Shown here piece by piece: positions 26,305-38,335 of a stretch of 64,000 bases of DNA. Under the pieces are notes generated by a model. That model was not told where the DNA came from and did not search any database. It saw only the letters and a program-made list of their open reading frames with translations. The DNA is taken from NCBI GenBank assembly GCA_964016885.1, contig OZ024740.1:322400001-322464000 (forward strand). Reading direction: 5' to 3'. A program made the translations under genes and the position numbers. Position 1 is the first letter of the stretch. The number at the start of each line of letters is the position of its first letter. This DNA is from Eledone cirrhosa. Taxonomy: Eukaryota.

Positions 26305-26862
26305 ACTAGACCACCCGTGACCCAACAGGTCACGTTTACTTCAAAACATTTTTAAAATCGTGTTCACTTAAAAATAATTTTTAAATAATTAAAATATATA
26401 CAGACATGTATATAATGTGAAATGAAAATGGAAGGCCCACATATATATGTGTGTGTATGGATATATATAAATGTGTGTGTGTGTATATATATGTGGGTGT
26501 CTGTGATCTATATGCACTGGTCATAGACACACATACACACACACACAACACTACCACCAGCTCTCTTCCATTCTCCTTCTCTGTCTCCTTTCCCTCTCTC
26601 TATGTCTCTCTTTCAATCTATTCTGTCACAACCACTATCTCTTCTTCTCTATCCTTCTCTCTCTTTGTTTATGAAGGTACCTGGAAAAACCCCATATCTT
26701 GGGAACCCGTGGTCCGATTTATGTGAAACTTGTTTTATTCCATTTGTATTCCCATTTCAGGGGCAACTCCCTTTCTAAGTATTTTCCCCATTATGTGCCC
26801 TTTTGGCTGTATTAAATTACAGACAAGCAAGCAAGCAATCACTGACTTTTAGTAATATAGAT
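26305..26862 (-). mobile_element. Helentron/HINE-like element
   Basis: actagaccacccgtgacc..ggtcacg terminal hairpin at one end, (caag)n...ttttagtaatatagat at the other. Confidence 0.5.
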
Positions 26863-27074
26863 AGTTACTTCCTCAGTTACTTACTATATTTCAACTACTG
26901 TAAGTTACTGTGGTTGAAATATAGTGGTGGTTATATAGACTATTGTGGCTATAGTGAAATATGGTAGTGGTTAGATGTTAACAGTAACCCATTTAATACC
27001 AACATACTTGAAACTACTTTGGATTTATAATGCAAAACTACAGGTTTTATAATGTTTATACTCCTTATTTACCC

Positions 27075-27420
27075 ACTTATTCCTGAGAGGCTTGTGGGAG
27101 CAGAGTTTTCAAACACTCATTCCAGCGGGTCCTATCAAAAGCAACCATCTCCAGCTGATCTGGCTGGATCCCGAAGCGAGACCAGCCAAGTTCATGGATG
27201 TTATCCAACCATCTTGCTCAGGGGTCTGCCCCTGGGTCTCCAGCCAGTTGATTTTGCTTATAAAATCTGTCTAGTGATTCTTTCCTGAGACATTCTAACC
27301 ACATGGCCATAGTATCGGAGCTGTGATCTCTCAATTCCGAGAAGTAGCAGCCCTACCTGGAGTGTGGAGTGACTTTCTAATCTCCAAGCTATGTACTCTA
27401 TTGAGTAACCTTACTCCATT
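27075..27420 (-). mobile_element. Decayed RTE LINE 3' fragment
   Basis: Homologous to 4530-4900; minus strand IERSQLRYYGHVVRM. Confidence 0.75.
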
Positions 27421-28585
27421 CATGTTTATATGAACATTTTCCATCATAATTATATTTTAGAAAATTTTGTTAATGTTCTAAATATCAGCTTTTGAATGAA
27501 AAACTTAATTTTATTGAATTCCTTCAAATTTTTGGTTATATTTAAAATTAAATGAAACTCGTAGTTGGTGTATTTCATTAGAAATACTGTAATACAAGTG
27601 TTGATTACAAAGTTATTGTGGTTGGAATATGGTGCCAGTTTTATAGTTTTGTGACTAACAATATATAGCAGTGGGAGGATTTCAACATTAGATACAAGGT
27701 TTATTTCTTGAAATCATCATCTAGTATCTGCTTTTCTAGCTACCAAGGGTTGGATGGGTTGTCACAGACCAAGTCAGTACTCAAAGCAGTTACTGATCTC
27801 TCGGTCGGGAGCTTGCACTCTACCAAGCGCTTGAGCGGGCCAGGGGCCTGTATCTCACTTATAAAATGTTCCCACACTCTACTGATTATTTTTTATCATG
27901 CAACCAGCAGTAGAGTCCTCCCAACTACTTTACAGAGTGTACTTGGTGGTTGTATAGAATATAGTGATTAGATGTTAACATTGATTACATAGTTACTTTG
28001 GTTGAAATATGGTGGTTATTTGGGATGTTGTAACTGTAGTTCACCTCTCACCATATTGTAGTTTAGGTGGTCTAATTCGTGCCAGTCACCAATCTGGCAC
28101 TTTTCTCAGACCCACGAAGAATAGGCTTTTTTAGAGATGGCCTTTAGTCACCTCATCATAGCTACAACACTGGGTTGTGAGAGTTTTTTTATGAGCTAGA
28201 GGTGTCACCCATTGTTCCATCTCCCCTAGTAGTTTACTGCTGTTGGTCCAGGGTTGCTTAATCATCTGGCAGGTGCCCACTTATATCGCAACTAACCATC
28301 ATTTCTAGTGACCTTATTGCTATCTGCCACATTGCAACCTATTCTCTAGCAGAACAGATCTCCCCCCCCCCCCCCCCAAAGCAAAGAGGTTGCCATAGGC
28401 CACTATGATGAATTGAACTTCCCAAATACCAGCTAGTTCAACATTAGTTACATTGTCACTTTGTTATATAGAATATAGTAAAATATAGTGGTGGATGGAT
28501 TTTATTATTAAATATATAGATACTATGGTTGAAATATTGTGGTTATGTGTGGTAATTCCATTGGATTTTAACATTAATTATATAG

Positions 28586-29161
28586 ACTAGCAGAGAAACC
28601 ACCCTTTGGGTGGTTTTCTGCTAGCATGTGTAGTGTGCATATTGATATTATATGCAAATATACATGCATGTAGATATATGTCAAATAAAATCGTAATTAA
28701 CAATATGCACAGAAATTGAAGAGAGACTGTGTTACACTCCCTTCTGTAATCAGTAAAGTAATCCATGATACATTTAAAAAAGACGATATATATATATAAA
28801 CTGCATTACTGTGAAATGTAATGAAAACGAAAAAAGAGAAAATTAGCAACCAAAATATAAACCTTATCTAACGATGCAAATATATGAACGTTTACATAAA
28901 CGATGTAATAAGTGTTCTGATATGACAGACGTTAACCGGAAGTGTAGACATTTTAAAATTTTTAAAGAAATGAATCTTAAAATAAGCAATCATTATATAT
29001 AAGAATATTTATGTTTAATCAACAGCTATGAAATTTTGTACAAAAATTATGTAATATTCATTCATTATTTATTCAAAGTAATCTAACTTATTTTACTAAC
29101 AGGATAAAAAAATATATATTCAGGACATAGTCCCACACTCCTCCCTTTATTATATTATGAT
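28586..29161 (-). mobile_element. Helentron/HINE-like element
   Basis: actagcagagaaaccaccc-ttt-gggtggttttctgctag terminal hairpin; other end ccctttattatattatgat; the flanking host sequence is repeated on both sides. Confidence 0.5.
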
Positions 29162-30927
29162 ACTCTGGTTGAGATATTATGTTTATGTGTGGCAGTTCTA
29201 TTGGATTTTCACATTAAATACATAGATACTGTATTATCTAGACTGTAGTGACAACAGCATCAATCATAACAAAAAGGTTAAGGCCATTTCCAATGTTAAA
29301 GCTGGAGATGGTCTTTCAAGCTTTATGACTTGAGGGCCATTTTTGATTTAAGGTTTTTCAACCAGATGCCTTTCTTGGTACCAACCCTTTTAGTCACCTC
29401 ATACAACACACAAGGATATGGCATTTCTGTTCCAAACTAAATACACACAGTCAATCTAGCCTATAATGACTGTAGTGAAACATAATCATTCTGTTGGGTT
29501 TCAACTCTAGTTACATATCCACCACTCTAGATGTTAACAACTATTTAGACTATAGTGATTCATCAATAACATGGTTTTACATTTGTCTTCCATGCTGGCA
29601 TGTGTTGGGTAGGTTGATACAAGACATGGTCTGAAAACCACATCTCATACATTCCATATATACTGGTGCCACAATAAAAAAAAAAAAAGCACTGACATTA
29701 AATGATGATGATGATGACTACTCCATTGATAACTATATTTTAACTACAGTCAATATGGAACGTATGAGGAAGATGTGGTTTTCAGACCATGTCTTGTATC
29801 AGATTGTGTCAACCTATCCAACCCATGCCAGTATGGAAAATGGATGTGGACTGGGTACTTTTATTGTGGTACCAGCGCTATCAGTTTATCTTGGTACCAA
29901 CCTTGCCTCATTTCAACACTAGGATACTCATATCCTTGGTCAGGAGTAATCATCATCGTCATCATCATCACAGTTTAACGTCCATTTTCCATGGGTTAGA
30001 CAAGTCATTCACGTCAAGAGATAAGTCTGGCCAGTTGGCCGCACTGTACCTTGCTCAGACAGAACTGTAAATTTGGCTGGGATTTTTACAGCTGGATGGC
30101 ACTGTTATGAGGAGGGACAGGTCAGTTGGCTGCTCCATACCCTGCTCACAGCAGAACCATAGTTTGGGAGCCAGGTGGTCCCACTATAAGGGAGATCTGG
30201 CAAGTTGGCCACGCCAAGCCTTACACATAGTGGAGCCGTATTTATTATAAATACATCCAGCCCATTTCAGATAGGAGCAAAAATAAGTTTTGGTAAATAA
30301 ATGACATAATATTCCTACAGTCATAGCATTAATTAGGAAAGTCATTATATATTTTGTATTTTTATTTGAAAATTCTAGATGTGAAATCATGTGTTGAAAC
30401 AGATATTATATTTTGGGAAGGTGTTACTGCTAATAAAAACATATCCACCAGATGAGTTTCACTTTGGGTTTTATTACTAGTTAGGTAACTAATCCATTCA
30501 TCGACTTGTTTAGCAAGCAAATGTTTGGGAGGGGTGGCAATAAAACCACATGCACACACAATAAAACCACACTCACACACACAAAACCACACTCACACAC
30601 ACACACACAAAACCACATATCCACACACACACACTGGTTGTATTTCACTTTGGTTTTATTAATCAATTTGATAATTTGTTAATTACAATTGATTAATTGG
30701 TTTGTCCAAGTTATTTCATGCTCTCTGTTTGTCCTTCAGAACTTAATTAACAATAATTGACCCTTTTAAAGTAGCGCAATAAAAAAAAAAAATCACCTTG
30801 TCTGTCTCCATTCATGATGTCGACATATTGGTTTCTCTTTTATAATTTTTGGCAGTTTTGCATCCCCAAAATTTCTGCCATTTGAGGAATTGGCAGGAGG
30901 ACTTGGTCTTCTATAAAAAGTGGCCAT

Positions 30928-31272
30928 TATCATCATCATCATCACCATTTTTACGTCTGCTTTTCCCTGCTTGCAAGGGTGGGACGGGAACTGATTCTGG
31001 CTTGATTTCTACAGCTGGATGCCCTTCCTAACACCAACCTCATTTACAGTGAGTGCTGGGTGCTTTTTTTGCCGCGGCACCTCCACGACCACTTTGCAGT
31101 GGAATGATAGGGACCCCAGTCCCTATCATATCATTTCTACAGTTGAGTAAACTGGAGCAATGTGAAATAAAGTGTCTTGCTCAAGGAAACAACACATCAC
31201 CCGGTCTGAGAATTGAACTCACAATCTTTCAATTGCAAGGCCAATGTTCTAACCACTAAGCCATGTGCGTCC
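30928..31272 (-). mobile_element. Young composite SINE (tRNA head + CORE-like body + RTE-type 3' tail)
   Basis: Near-identical to 56487-56830 and 59881-60222; head ggcttagtggttagag..gagttcaattc, tail aggaagggcatccagc..gacgtaaaa(tga)n. Confidence 0.85.
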
Positions 31273-31559
31273 AATACATGTAAATACCTAATGGATAAAA
31301 CTTCATCCCTTAACATTCCATATCACGTGAAACCACATTAGCAAGATATACTTTAAAAGAACAAAACAGTACTATGGCTGCATCATATTAAAAATTAAAG
31401 TCTTTAGTTTACTTCAGTTTCACAATAATCTGTCCACTATTAAAGGTATTGTAAACATTTGAATTAACAAACCTCATGAAACTACATTAACAAGAAAAGG
31501 AAATGTTAAAAGTCTTTATTCTAATACTGCAAATTTTCACAAACTGTCCATTATTGCTC

Positions 31560-33250
31560 TAATGAACTGAACTCCTTCATCATGCCTGCAATCTTTTCTT
31601 CTCAGCCATCCTGACTATGTTGAGAAAGAATAACAGAGGTGTCTAGTCGATTGCAGTGGGAAATGACTTTGTGCACTTTGTGACCAAGATCCCCTACAGA
31701 TGTTAGACAGCTGCTCATGTGGCCAGACATTTCATTGAGCACACACACCTATCTTCAACTCACCTCACCCCCAGTTAAAGTTGAACATGTGAAACACCCT
31801 TAATAGCGTTAGGCATGACAATATCTTAAAGATGTGCCACAAACAGGCCCTCTCAATACTCCATCAAAAACAGGTGGCTAGAAAAGAGAACCACTTGGTC
31901 CATTCTCCTTTGCATTGACTGTTTATGATGTTGCCAACTTAGTCCACTTGACTTTCATTGTTTGGTATTTGAATGAAGCGCCACAGGATGGCTGTGTTGA
32001 TGCTGTCATTGATGATCTTTTGAACAACTTGCTAGCCTTATCACTCCCTGGACTTGAAATTAAATCATCCAAGTCAGATATGATAAATGTGAGATACAGC
32101 AAAACTCCATGTAATGCCACTATTCTGCCTAAGGCATATCTTACTCCAAGGACAATGCCTACATTCTCAGCTCTCCTGTCTTTTCAAAATCCATAAAAGA
32201 ATGGTTGGAAGCTAAACAAGCAGACCTGGGGAGGATAATGGAAAGATTGTGCCTCATTGATACACACCACATGCTCATCCTCTTGAGGAACTCTTTTGCT
32301 ATTGCTAAACATCACTTTACACTGTTCAATGCACTCTATTCTCATGCAAGACACTTCAACAAACTTGATACCACCATCTATTGTGGCGCCAAATGTATTT
32401 GCAATGTTTATTTCAATAACATTTACTGGTAACAGGCAAAACGCTTCAGTGGCCTCAGACTCCACACATCTGACCTTGCACTGTCAGTCTACCAGCCACA
32501 CCTTCATCAGAAAGGTTTTGCAACCAAATGTGAACCCAGAACTCGAGTCAGTCCTGGCTGTTTCGGTTGAGGATGGCCTTAATGTGCCCCAATATGCAGG
32601 ATACCTACACAGCTGGGATGATATGAAATACACTTCAACCTGTATTATACACATTGAGTCTTCTTTGGACCAACACCATCTTGCCTTCAATCTGCTTAAC
32701 AGCCAAACAACAACGTGTGGATTTGCACCTTGGCCTCTGTATGTGAACCATGCTAATGCTGTTGTGGAGCCAAGGCCAGTGAGTTCAGAGTAAATCTGCT
32801 CTCTTATTGCATCAGTACTGGTCAATTCCCTTGGCATGCTGTCTTGGATGATGTCATGAGAGGTAGCTATGACAGGGGCTGATTCCCATCACAATTGGAG
32901 CCTGCCAGCCTCATAGTGATGGTAACTGCCAAGTGGGATAACCTTTTTCCCATTTCAGGAGGGTAAATCTAATTTGGGATGCCATGTGCTGCTTGTAATG
33001 CAGAGGAGTGAGCTTATCCAAAATACTGGGACTTGATTGACTGCTTCTTTTCTGTGCCAGTTACCATAAAGATCTCTGAAGCCCTCAACCTTCAAACTGC
33101 TTTTTTTCCACCAACAAATTTAGAGGTGTGCATGCCCCCTGAGGAAGGAGGCCCCATAAGAGGGAGTGGTTGATGCAGGAGGTGTCACTGGCTATTCTTC
33201 ATGGCAATGCCTTCATCTTGTCTACAGGGTGCAGCAGAGATATACCACCT
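31560..33250 (+). mobile_element. Heavily decayed CRE-like non-LTR retrotransposon (RT + restriction-like endonuclease)
   Basis: Remnants IAVGN (about 31650), FIVWYLNE..GLEIKSSK (WYLDD-type RT core), RLCLIDTHHMLILLRNSFAI, then HAVLDDVMR, PSQLEP, GITFFPF and WDA in the order of the RLE domain. Confidence 0.6.
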
Positions 33251-33651
33251 AGACAGGGGTTTAGAATCTATCTCTTCTTTCCATTATTTCATTCTTTTTC
33301 TTTTTTCCTATTTATTATGTGAAATATTTAACTAAATAGAATTTTCCTTCATCCCTTAAAGAAATACCTTAACTAGTAAAGACACTAAGCATTTGAATTA
33401 AAACCATTTTTAGATATTTTGTTAAATCATTAGAGGATTTTAAGAGATATAAATAATGGGAACATTTGTATTCTTTTACTGTTTACAGTCACTGGACTGA
33501 GGACATGCTCAGGCACTGTGTTATATATTTCTATAACAGTCATATAATTTCCAACAAGCCAAGGATTTACTAAAATTATTTTTTCATTGTTTAGATAGTA
33601 GTTCTAACATAATTTAACATGGTTCTTATATAAAATTTTGTTGGAAGATTT

Positions 33652-33877
33652 TCCATATATACACGAATATAAGGCCCTCCCCCCTCCCCCCATTATGTTA
33701 TGTCTGAGAAATGGGCAAAAATCCAAACCTTATTTACATAAAATGTGAAGTTCATCAAAATATTGACCCCGAATATGTGAAATTCATCAAAATATTGGCC
33801 CCGAATATAAACTGACCCCCTTCTACCATAAATTTTTTGGTCATATATTCCTTGACTTATATTCGAGTATATACAGT
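33652..33877. mobile_element. Tc1/pogo-type MITE
   Basis: TIRs ccatatatacacgaatataag / cttatattcgagtatatacag followed by TA. Confidence 0.7.
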
Positions 33878-33935
33878 AAAGTTAAATAGGAGCCCTTTAA
33901 AATGGGTGGTTTTGCTCCTTAAATAGGAATGCTTT

Positions 33936-34171
33936 AACCCTTTTGTTAATGTATTTTCTAATAAAAGGTACTGCCTATTAGTTTCAAATAAATTTGAAGT
34001 ATTTGATTATATAACTAACATATTAAGCTGGTGTTTGGAACATAACTTAGGAAAGGTTCTTACATAAAATTATGGTAGAACGTTTTAAGAAATTTAAACA
34101 CTTTAAAACACTTGTCTATTAAATAGTAAGATCAGAGGCAGTTTCAGGCAGTTTGGTATTAAAGGGGTTAA
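33936..34171. mobile_element. piggyBac-like MITE (abundant family)
   Basis: ttaacccttt ... aaaggggttaa ends; relatives at about 18840-19160, 19660-19905, 39200-39575, 45000-45290 and 46214-46651. Confidence 0.6.
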
Positions 34172-34409
34172 AAGGATAATTTGGTTCCATAGAACCAAAG
34201 GTGGCTTTGACGAGTTGATATCAAAAGGACTCTATAAAGAAAAGTTGTTTTCCTCTGACTTTTGTGTAGCCATATCTTTCTATCATTGATGTTCAAGAAT
34301 TTAAAACTAAACACTTTTAACCACACCCTGTTGTCTACAGTCCATAGGATTTTAGGGTTTTTTTAAAAAAGAAAAAAAGAGATGTGGGCACTGCTGCTCC
34401 TTTTTTTTC

Positions 34410-34800
34410 ATGTCCCTCCTCCTCTTCATCCTTTCCCTCTCCTTTTCCTTCTCATTCTCTTACCACAACCAGCATCACTATTACCATCAACATCATCACT
34501 ACCACACCTATCACTAACACCACTACCATTATGACCCCACTTCCACCATCACCACTCCTCACCACCACTCCTGCCACTACCACCCTCATTACCACCATTG
34601 CCATCACCACTACCATCACCACCACCACTGTCACTACCACCCTCATAACCACCATCACCACCACTCTCAATATCACAATCACTACCACTCTTATTACCAC
34701 CATTGACATTGCCATCATCACCGTCACTACCACCACCATCATCATCATCGCTACCACTGTCACTACCACCCTCAATACCACCATCACCATCACCACGATA
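34410..34800. repeat. (CAC/CAT)n low-complexity tract
   Basis: Trinucleotide repeats producing spurious poly-Thr/Val ORFs. Confidence 0.9.
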
Positions 34801-34939
34801 CCTCCTGTTTCGTTCCCTTACTCTCAAATATTAGCAATGCAATATTTCATATGTAGCTATCTACATATGTATATATATATATACATACATATATATATAC
34901 GATATTAACAAATGGAAACTATAATTATAAAACCATATT

Positions 34940-35004
34940 TATTTCATTATACATATTTCAAGGACACCAAGTTAAATTATGGTGTGCTTTCATCAGATAA
35001 AATA
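34940..35004 (-). ncRNA. Type I hammerhead ribozyme in an AT-rich Penelope-like element (about 34899-35040)
   Basis: Minus strand TATTTTAT-CTGATGA-AAGcACACCA..TGGTGTcCTT-GAAA-TAtgTA-T-A-ATGAAATA: 8-bp stem I, 9-bp stem II, minimal stem III, AUA triplet. Confidence 0.75.
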
Positions 35005-35067
35005 TAATATAGAGCAGTTTTATAAATAAATATTGATATACTCTTAAAGAATGCAACCATTACTCAC

Positions 35068-35098
<31 letters not shown>

Positions 35099-35419
35099 CT
35101 GTGTTAGATCTCCCCCCTCATAACTGTTAGCTGTGGTATAATACTCCCATTACATGAATCATGCTGTATTATATATCATTGGATATGGTGGAGAGGAAAC
35201 ATTTTGTGGTTGATTCATCAGTTTTTAATGAGTTAATAACTTTACTTATCAACCATATTGAGTTATATTTTATATGCATCTTAACATGTAAAGACTTATT
35301 TTCATATTAGATGTTGCTATCAGATTAGACATATGTAGGTTTGGCTGGCTTCCTACATTACATCTAGTAGGAGGTGTCTTAGGTCTCTTAATGTTAACGA
35401 CCTCAGTCTTATTATATAT

Positions 35420-35680
35420 ATGAAGTGGTCGTGTAGGTGTCATGATAAAAAGCACCCAGCCAACACTTGTAAAGTGGTCCTGTATGCGTTGTGACAAAAT
35501 GCACCCAGTACTCACTGTAAATGAGGTTGGTTTTAGGAAGGGCATTCAGCTGTAGAAACCAAACCAGAATCAGTTCTGTATGAGCATGACATGGCCATCT
35601 GACCTAGCATTGCTCATAACAGGACAACTCATCTAACCCATGCTAGCGTGAAAAAATGGACGTTAAACGGTGATGATGAT
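35420..35680 (+). mobile_element. RTE LINE 3' UTR fragment
   Basis: Homologous to 61660-61930; (GAT)n tail. Confidence 0.8.
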
Positions 35681-35918
35681 GCTATATATATAAATCAGGA
35701 TGGATTCAGTTTGAAACTGGCTAGACCATTACTCAACAGAGCACTCGATACTTGGGGTAGTAGAGTATAGTTATATTATTAAGAGTTGGGATCCAACGGC
35801 TGAGCTGTTGCCATTTCAACAGCTAGGTTCTGACTCTTTATAATATGTATATATGTATATATACGTGGAAAAGTAAGGAATAGGAGAACAGATCGTTGAT
35901 ACATGTTTATTTAAAACA

Positions 35919-35959
35919 GCACCTACGTTCGTTTCGCCCGGATGGGCTTCTCAAGGGCA
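35919..35959 (-). ncRNA. Minimal hammerhead ribozyme, U3-A8 core variant
   Basis: Minus strand gccc-TTGAGAA-GCCCatccGGGC-GAAA-CgaacG-TA-ggtgc, followed by AATAAA; lies in a CpG-richer Penelope-pLTR-like segment at about 35862-36230. Confidence 0.65.
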
Positions 35960-36955
35960 TAAATAACTAAAAGTGTTCCTTACATGGCCCGGAAAGTGTT
36001 TTTGGAGGTTAAGTTCACGTCAGAGTTCATTCTTCGCAAAAAAGCGTGTATTGATTTTGCAGTAGGTCAAGGGAGGTAACTCTGTCCGGTGTTAGGGCAG
36101 TCTTTCCCGGACAAATTTTTTTATCCGTTACAAGATGTGGTTACAACCTTACTATTGTCGATACGTACAGGGTCAGGTAAGCAACGTTTGTTTTGAGACG
36201 TTTGTTTGCTGCACCTGCCTGCTATATACATCGTCCCAGTCATTTGGTCCCAGGTTCTATCCCACCACATAACATCTTGGGCAAATATCATTTACCATAT
36301 CCTCAGGTTAACCCATATCATGCAAGTGAAACTGAGTAGATGGAAATTATTTAGAAGCTACTTGGATGGGCTATACCTGTAATTCAAAGGGCCTGGCTTG
36401 TCACACACAGTGTCACAATGAAGCCTCATCGTTTTATAGCCAGATGCCCTTCTTGACACCAACCCTTTTAGTCACTGAATATCCCTAAGAATTATAAGGG
36501 TACAGCTATCTTGTGGAAAGCTCAGTTACACATTAATTTCAAAAACAGGCTGTTCCATTAATTGAACAACTGGAACACTCATCAAAACTGACATAGGTCC
36601 ATTTCATAGGGAATGTATATATGAAGGTGCATGGCTTACTGGGTAGGGTGTTGGGCTCATGTCTGTAATGTCAAAGGTTTAATTCCTAGAATGGGTAGTG
36701 TATTGAGAAAGATACTTCATTTCAAGTTAACTCAGCTGACAAATTGAGTACCAACAGCAGCAACTTCTGATGGGATGGAAGTTTGTTTAGGGAAAAGTCT
36801 TGTACTCACAGTCACTTAACTCTTAACGTCCTGTACCACGTGAAACCGCATTAGCAAGACATTCTTGAAAAGTACAAAACACCACTGACTGCTTCACATT
36901 AAAAATGAAAGTCTTTACTCTCCACACACATGTGTATGTATGTATATATATATAT

Positions 36956-37343
36956 GGTGGCTGCCAACTCGTTTTCGAGTACGGCCACTACTTTATATCC
37001 ATGTAGGAGAACCCCTACCGATGCGCTGAACGAGTGTGACTTTTTAGTCCAGCCTGCGACATGAAAACTCTGGTACAAACACTACACTTGTGACAATTAT
37101 TGACACATAGTGCTGGGCCCATGGTACCATGTGACGACAAGTGCAGGGAGATCTCCAGATATAAAGCAATGCCTGTGCCGTGAAGCTTTTATAGTGAGCA
37201 AAGCCAGTCCCACTCTCTTAACCAAGATGATATTTACCAAAAAGAAGAACACGTCAACATCATTGGATACCATCAGGGTTGCAGGTGTTATATCAGAGTT
37301 TTCCTTCTCCTAGAATTCTGCCTTGACAAAGGCTAAGGGGTCA

Positions 37344-37348
<5 letters not shown>
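36956..37348 (-). mobile_element. 5'-truncated copy of the RTE-derived non-autonomous element
   Basis: Reverse complement of about 50768-51171; (TA)n on both sides. Confidence 0.85.
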
Positions 37349-37380
<32 letters not shown>

Positions 37381-37396
37381 CATACACGTGTATATG

Positions 37397-37555
37397 AGAC
37401 CACAAGAAACATGGGCAGAGGTGGTGCAAGCAGACCTCAGATCGCTGAAGCTTCCGGAGGAGATGATGAAGGACCCTGACAAGTAGAGAGATGCTGTGCT
37501 GAATAGGACCCGTCCCACCCACCCTTGCAAGCATGGAAAAGCGGACGTAAAATGA

Positions 37556-37558
<3 letters not shown>
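37397..37558 (+). mobile_element. RTE LINE extreme 3' fragment
   Basis: Homologous to 2375-2540. Confidence 0.8.
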
Positions 37559-37594
<36 letters not shown>

Positions 37595-37597
<3 letters not shown>

Positions 37598-37965
37598 GAT
37601 ATTAAATAAATGGAAACTATATTTATAAAACCATATCTATTTCATCATATATATTTCAGGGATATCATATTAACAATATGTTATGCCTTCCTCAGACAAA
37701 ATACAATATAGACAGTTTTATAGATAAATAGATTTGACATACCGTTCAACATCGACTTGTATTTGAAAAAGTTGATTTGGCAAATCAACTTTTTCAAATA
37801 CAAGTCGATGTTGAACGGTATGTCAAATCTATTTATCTATAAAACTGTCTATATTGTATTTTGTCTGAGGAAGGCATAACATATTGTTAATATGATATCC
37901 CTGAAATATATATGATGAAATAGATATGGTTTTATAAATATAGTTTCCATTTATTTAATATCGTA
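37595..37965. repeat. Perfect palindrome with 185-bp arms and a 1-nt centre (37780), made of a hammerhead-bearing element
   Basis: The arms are exact reverse complements; the right arm holds CTGAGGA..GAAA at 37865-37906. Confidence 0.95.
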
Positions 37966-38049
37966 AATATACTCCAAATACTTGTTGAGTGCTTTTATAT
38001 CAGTTATAAATATTTACTAGTTGCAACCCAACAATTTAAATATAACTTT

Positions 38050-38107
<58 letters not shown>

Positions 38108-38281
38108 AGTGGAACATGTGTGAGATGCTTGGTACAGTTCGGTATATTTGAAAAAAGGAAAACAATAACTTTACTTGTAGTTGGTATTCCATAACAATTT
38201 AATTTTATAATTTTACAATTTAATAATTTTGCTATGTAGATCTACATATCAAAATTATAGTGAAGACATTCTTTTCCTTTT

Positions 38282-38335
<54 letters not shown>

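Noticed and set aside
34384-34908. Mucin-like Thr-rich ORF (also the poly-Leu ORF at 23836-24126)
   Set aside because: Trinucleotide low-complexity tracts without splice or homology support.
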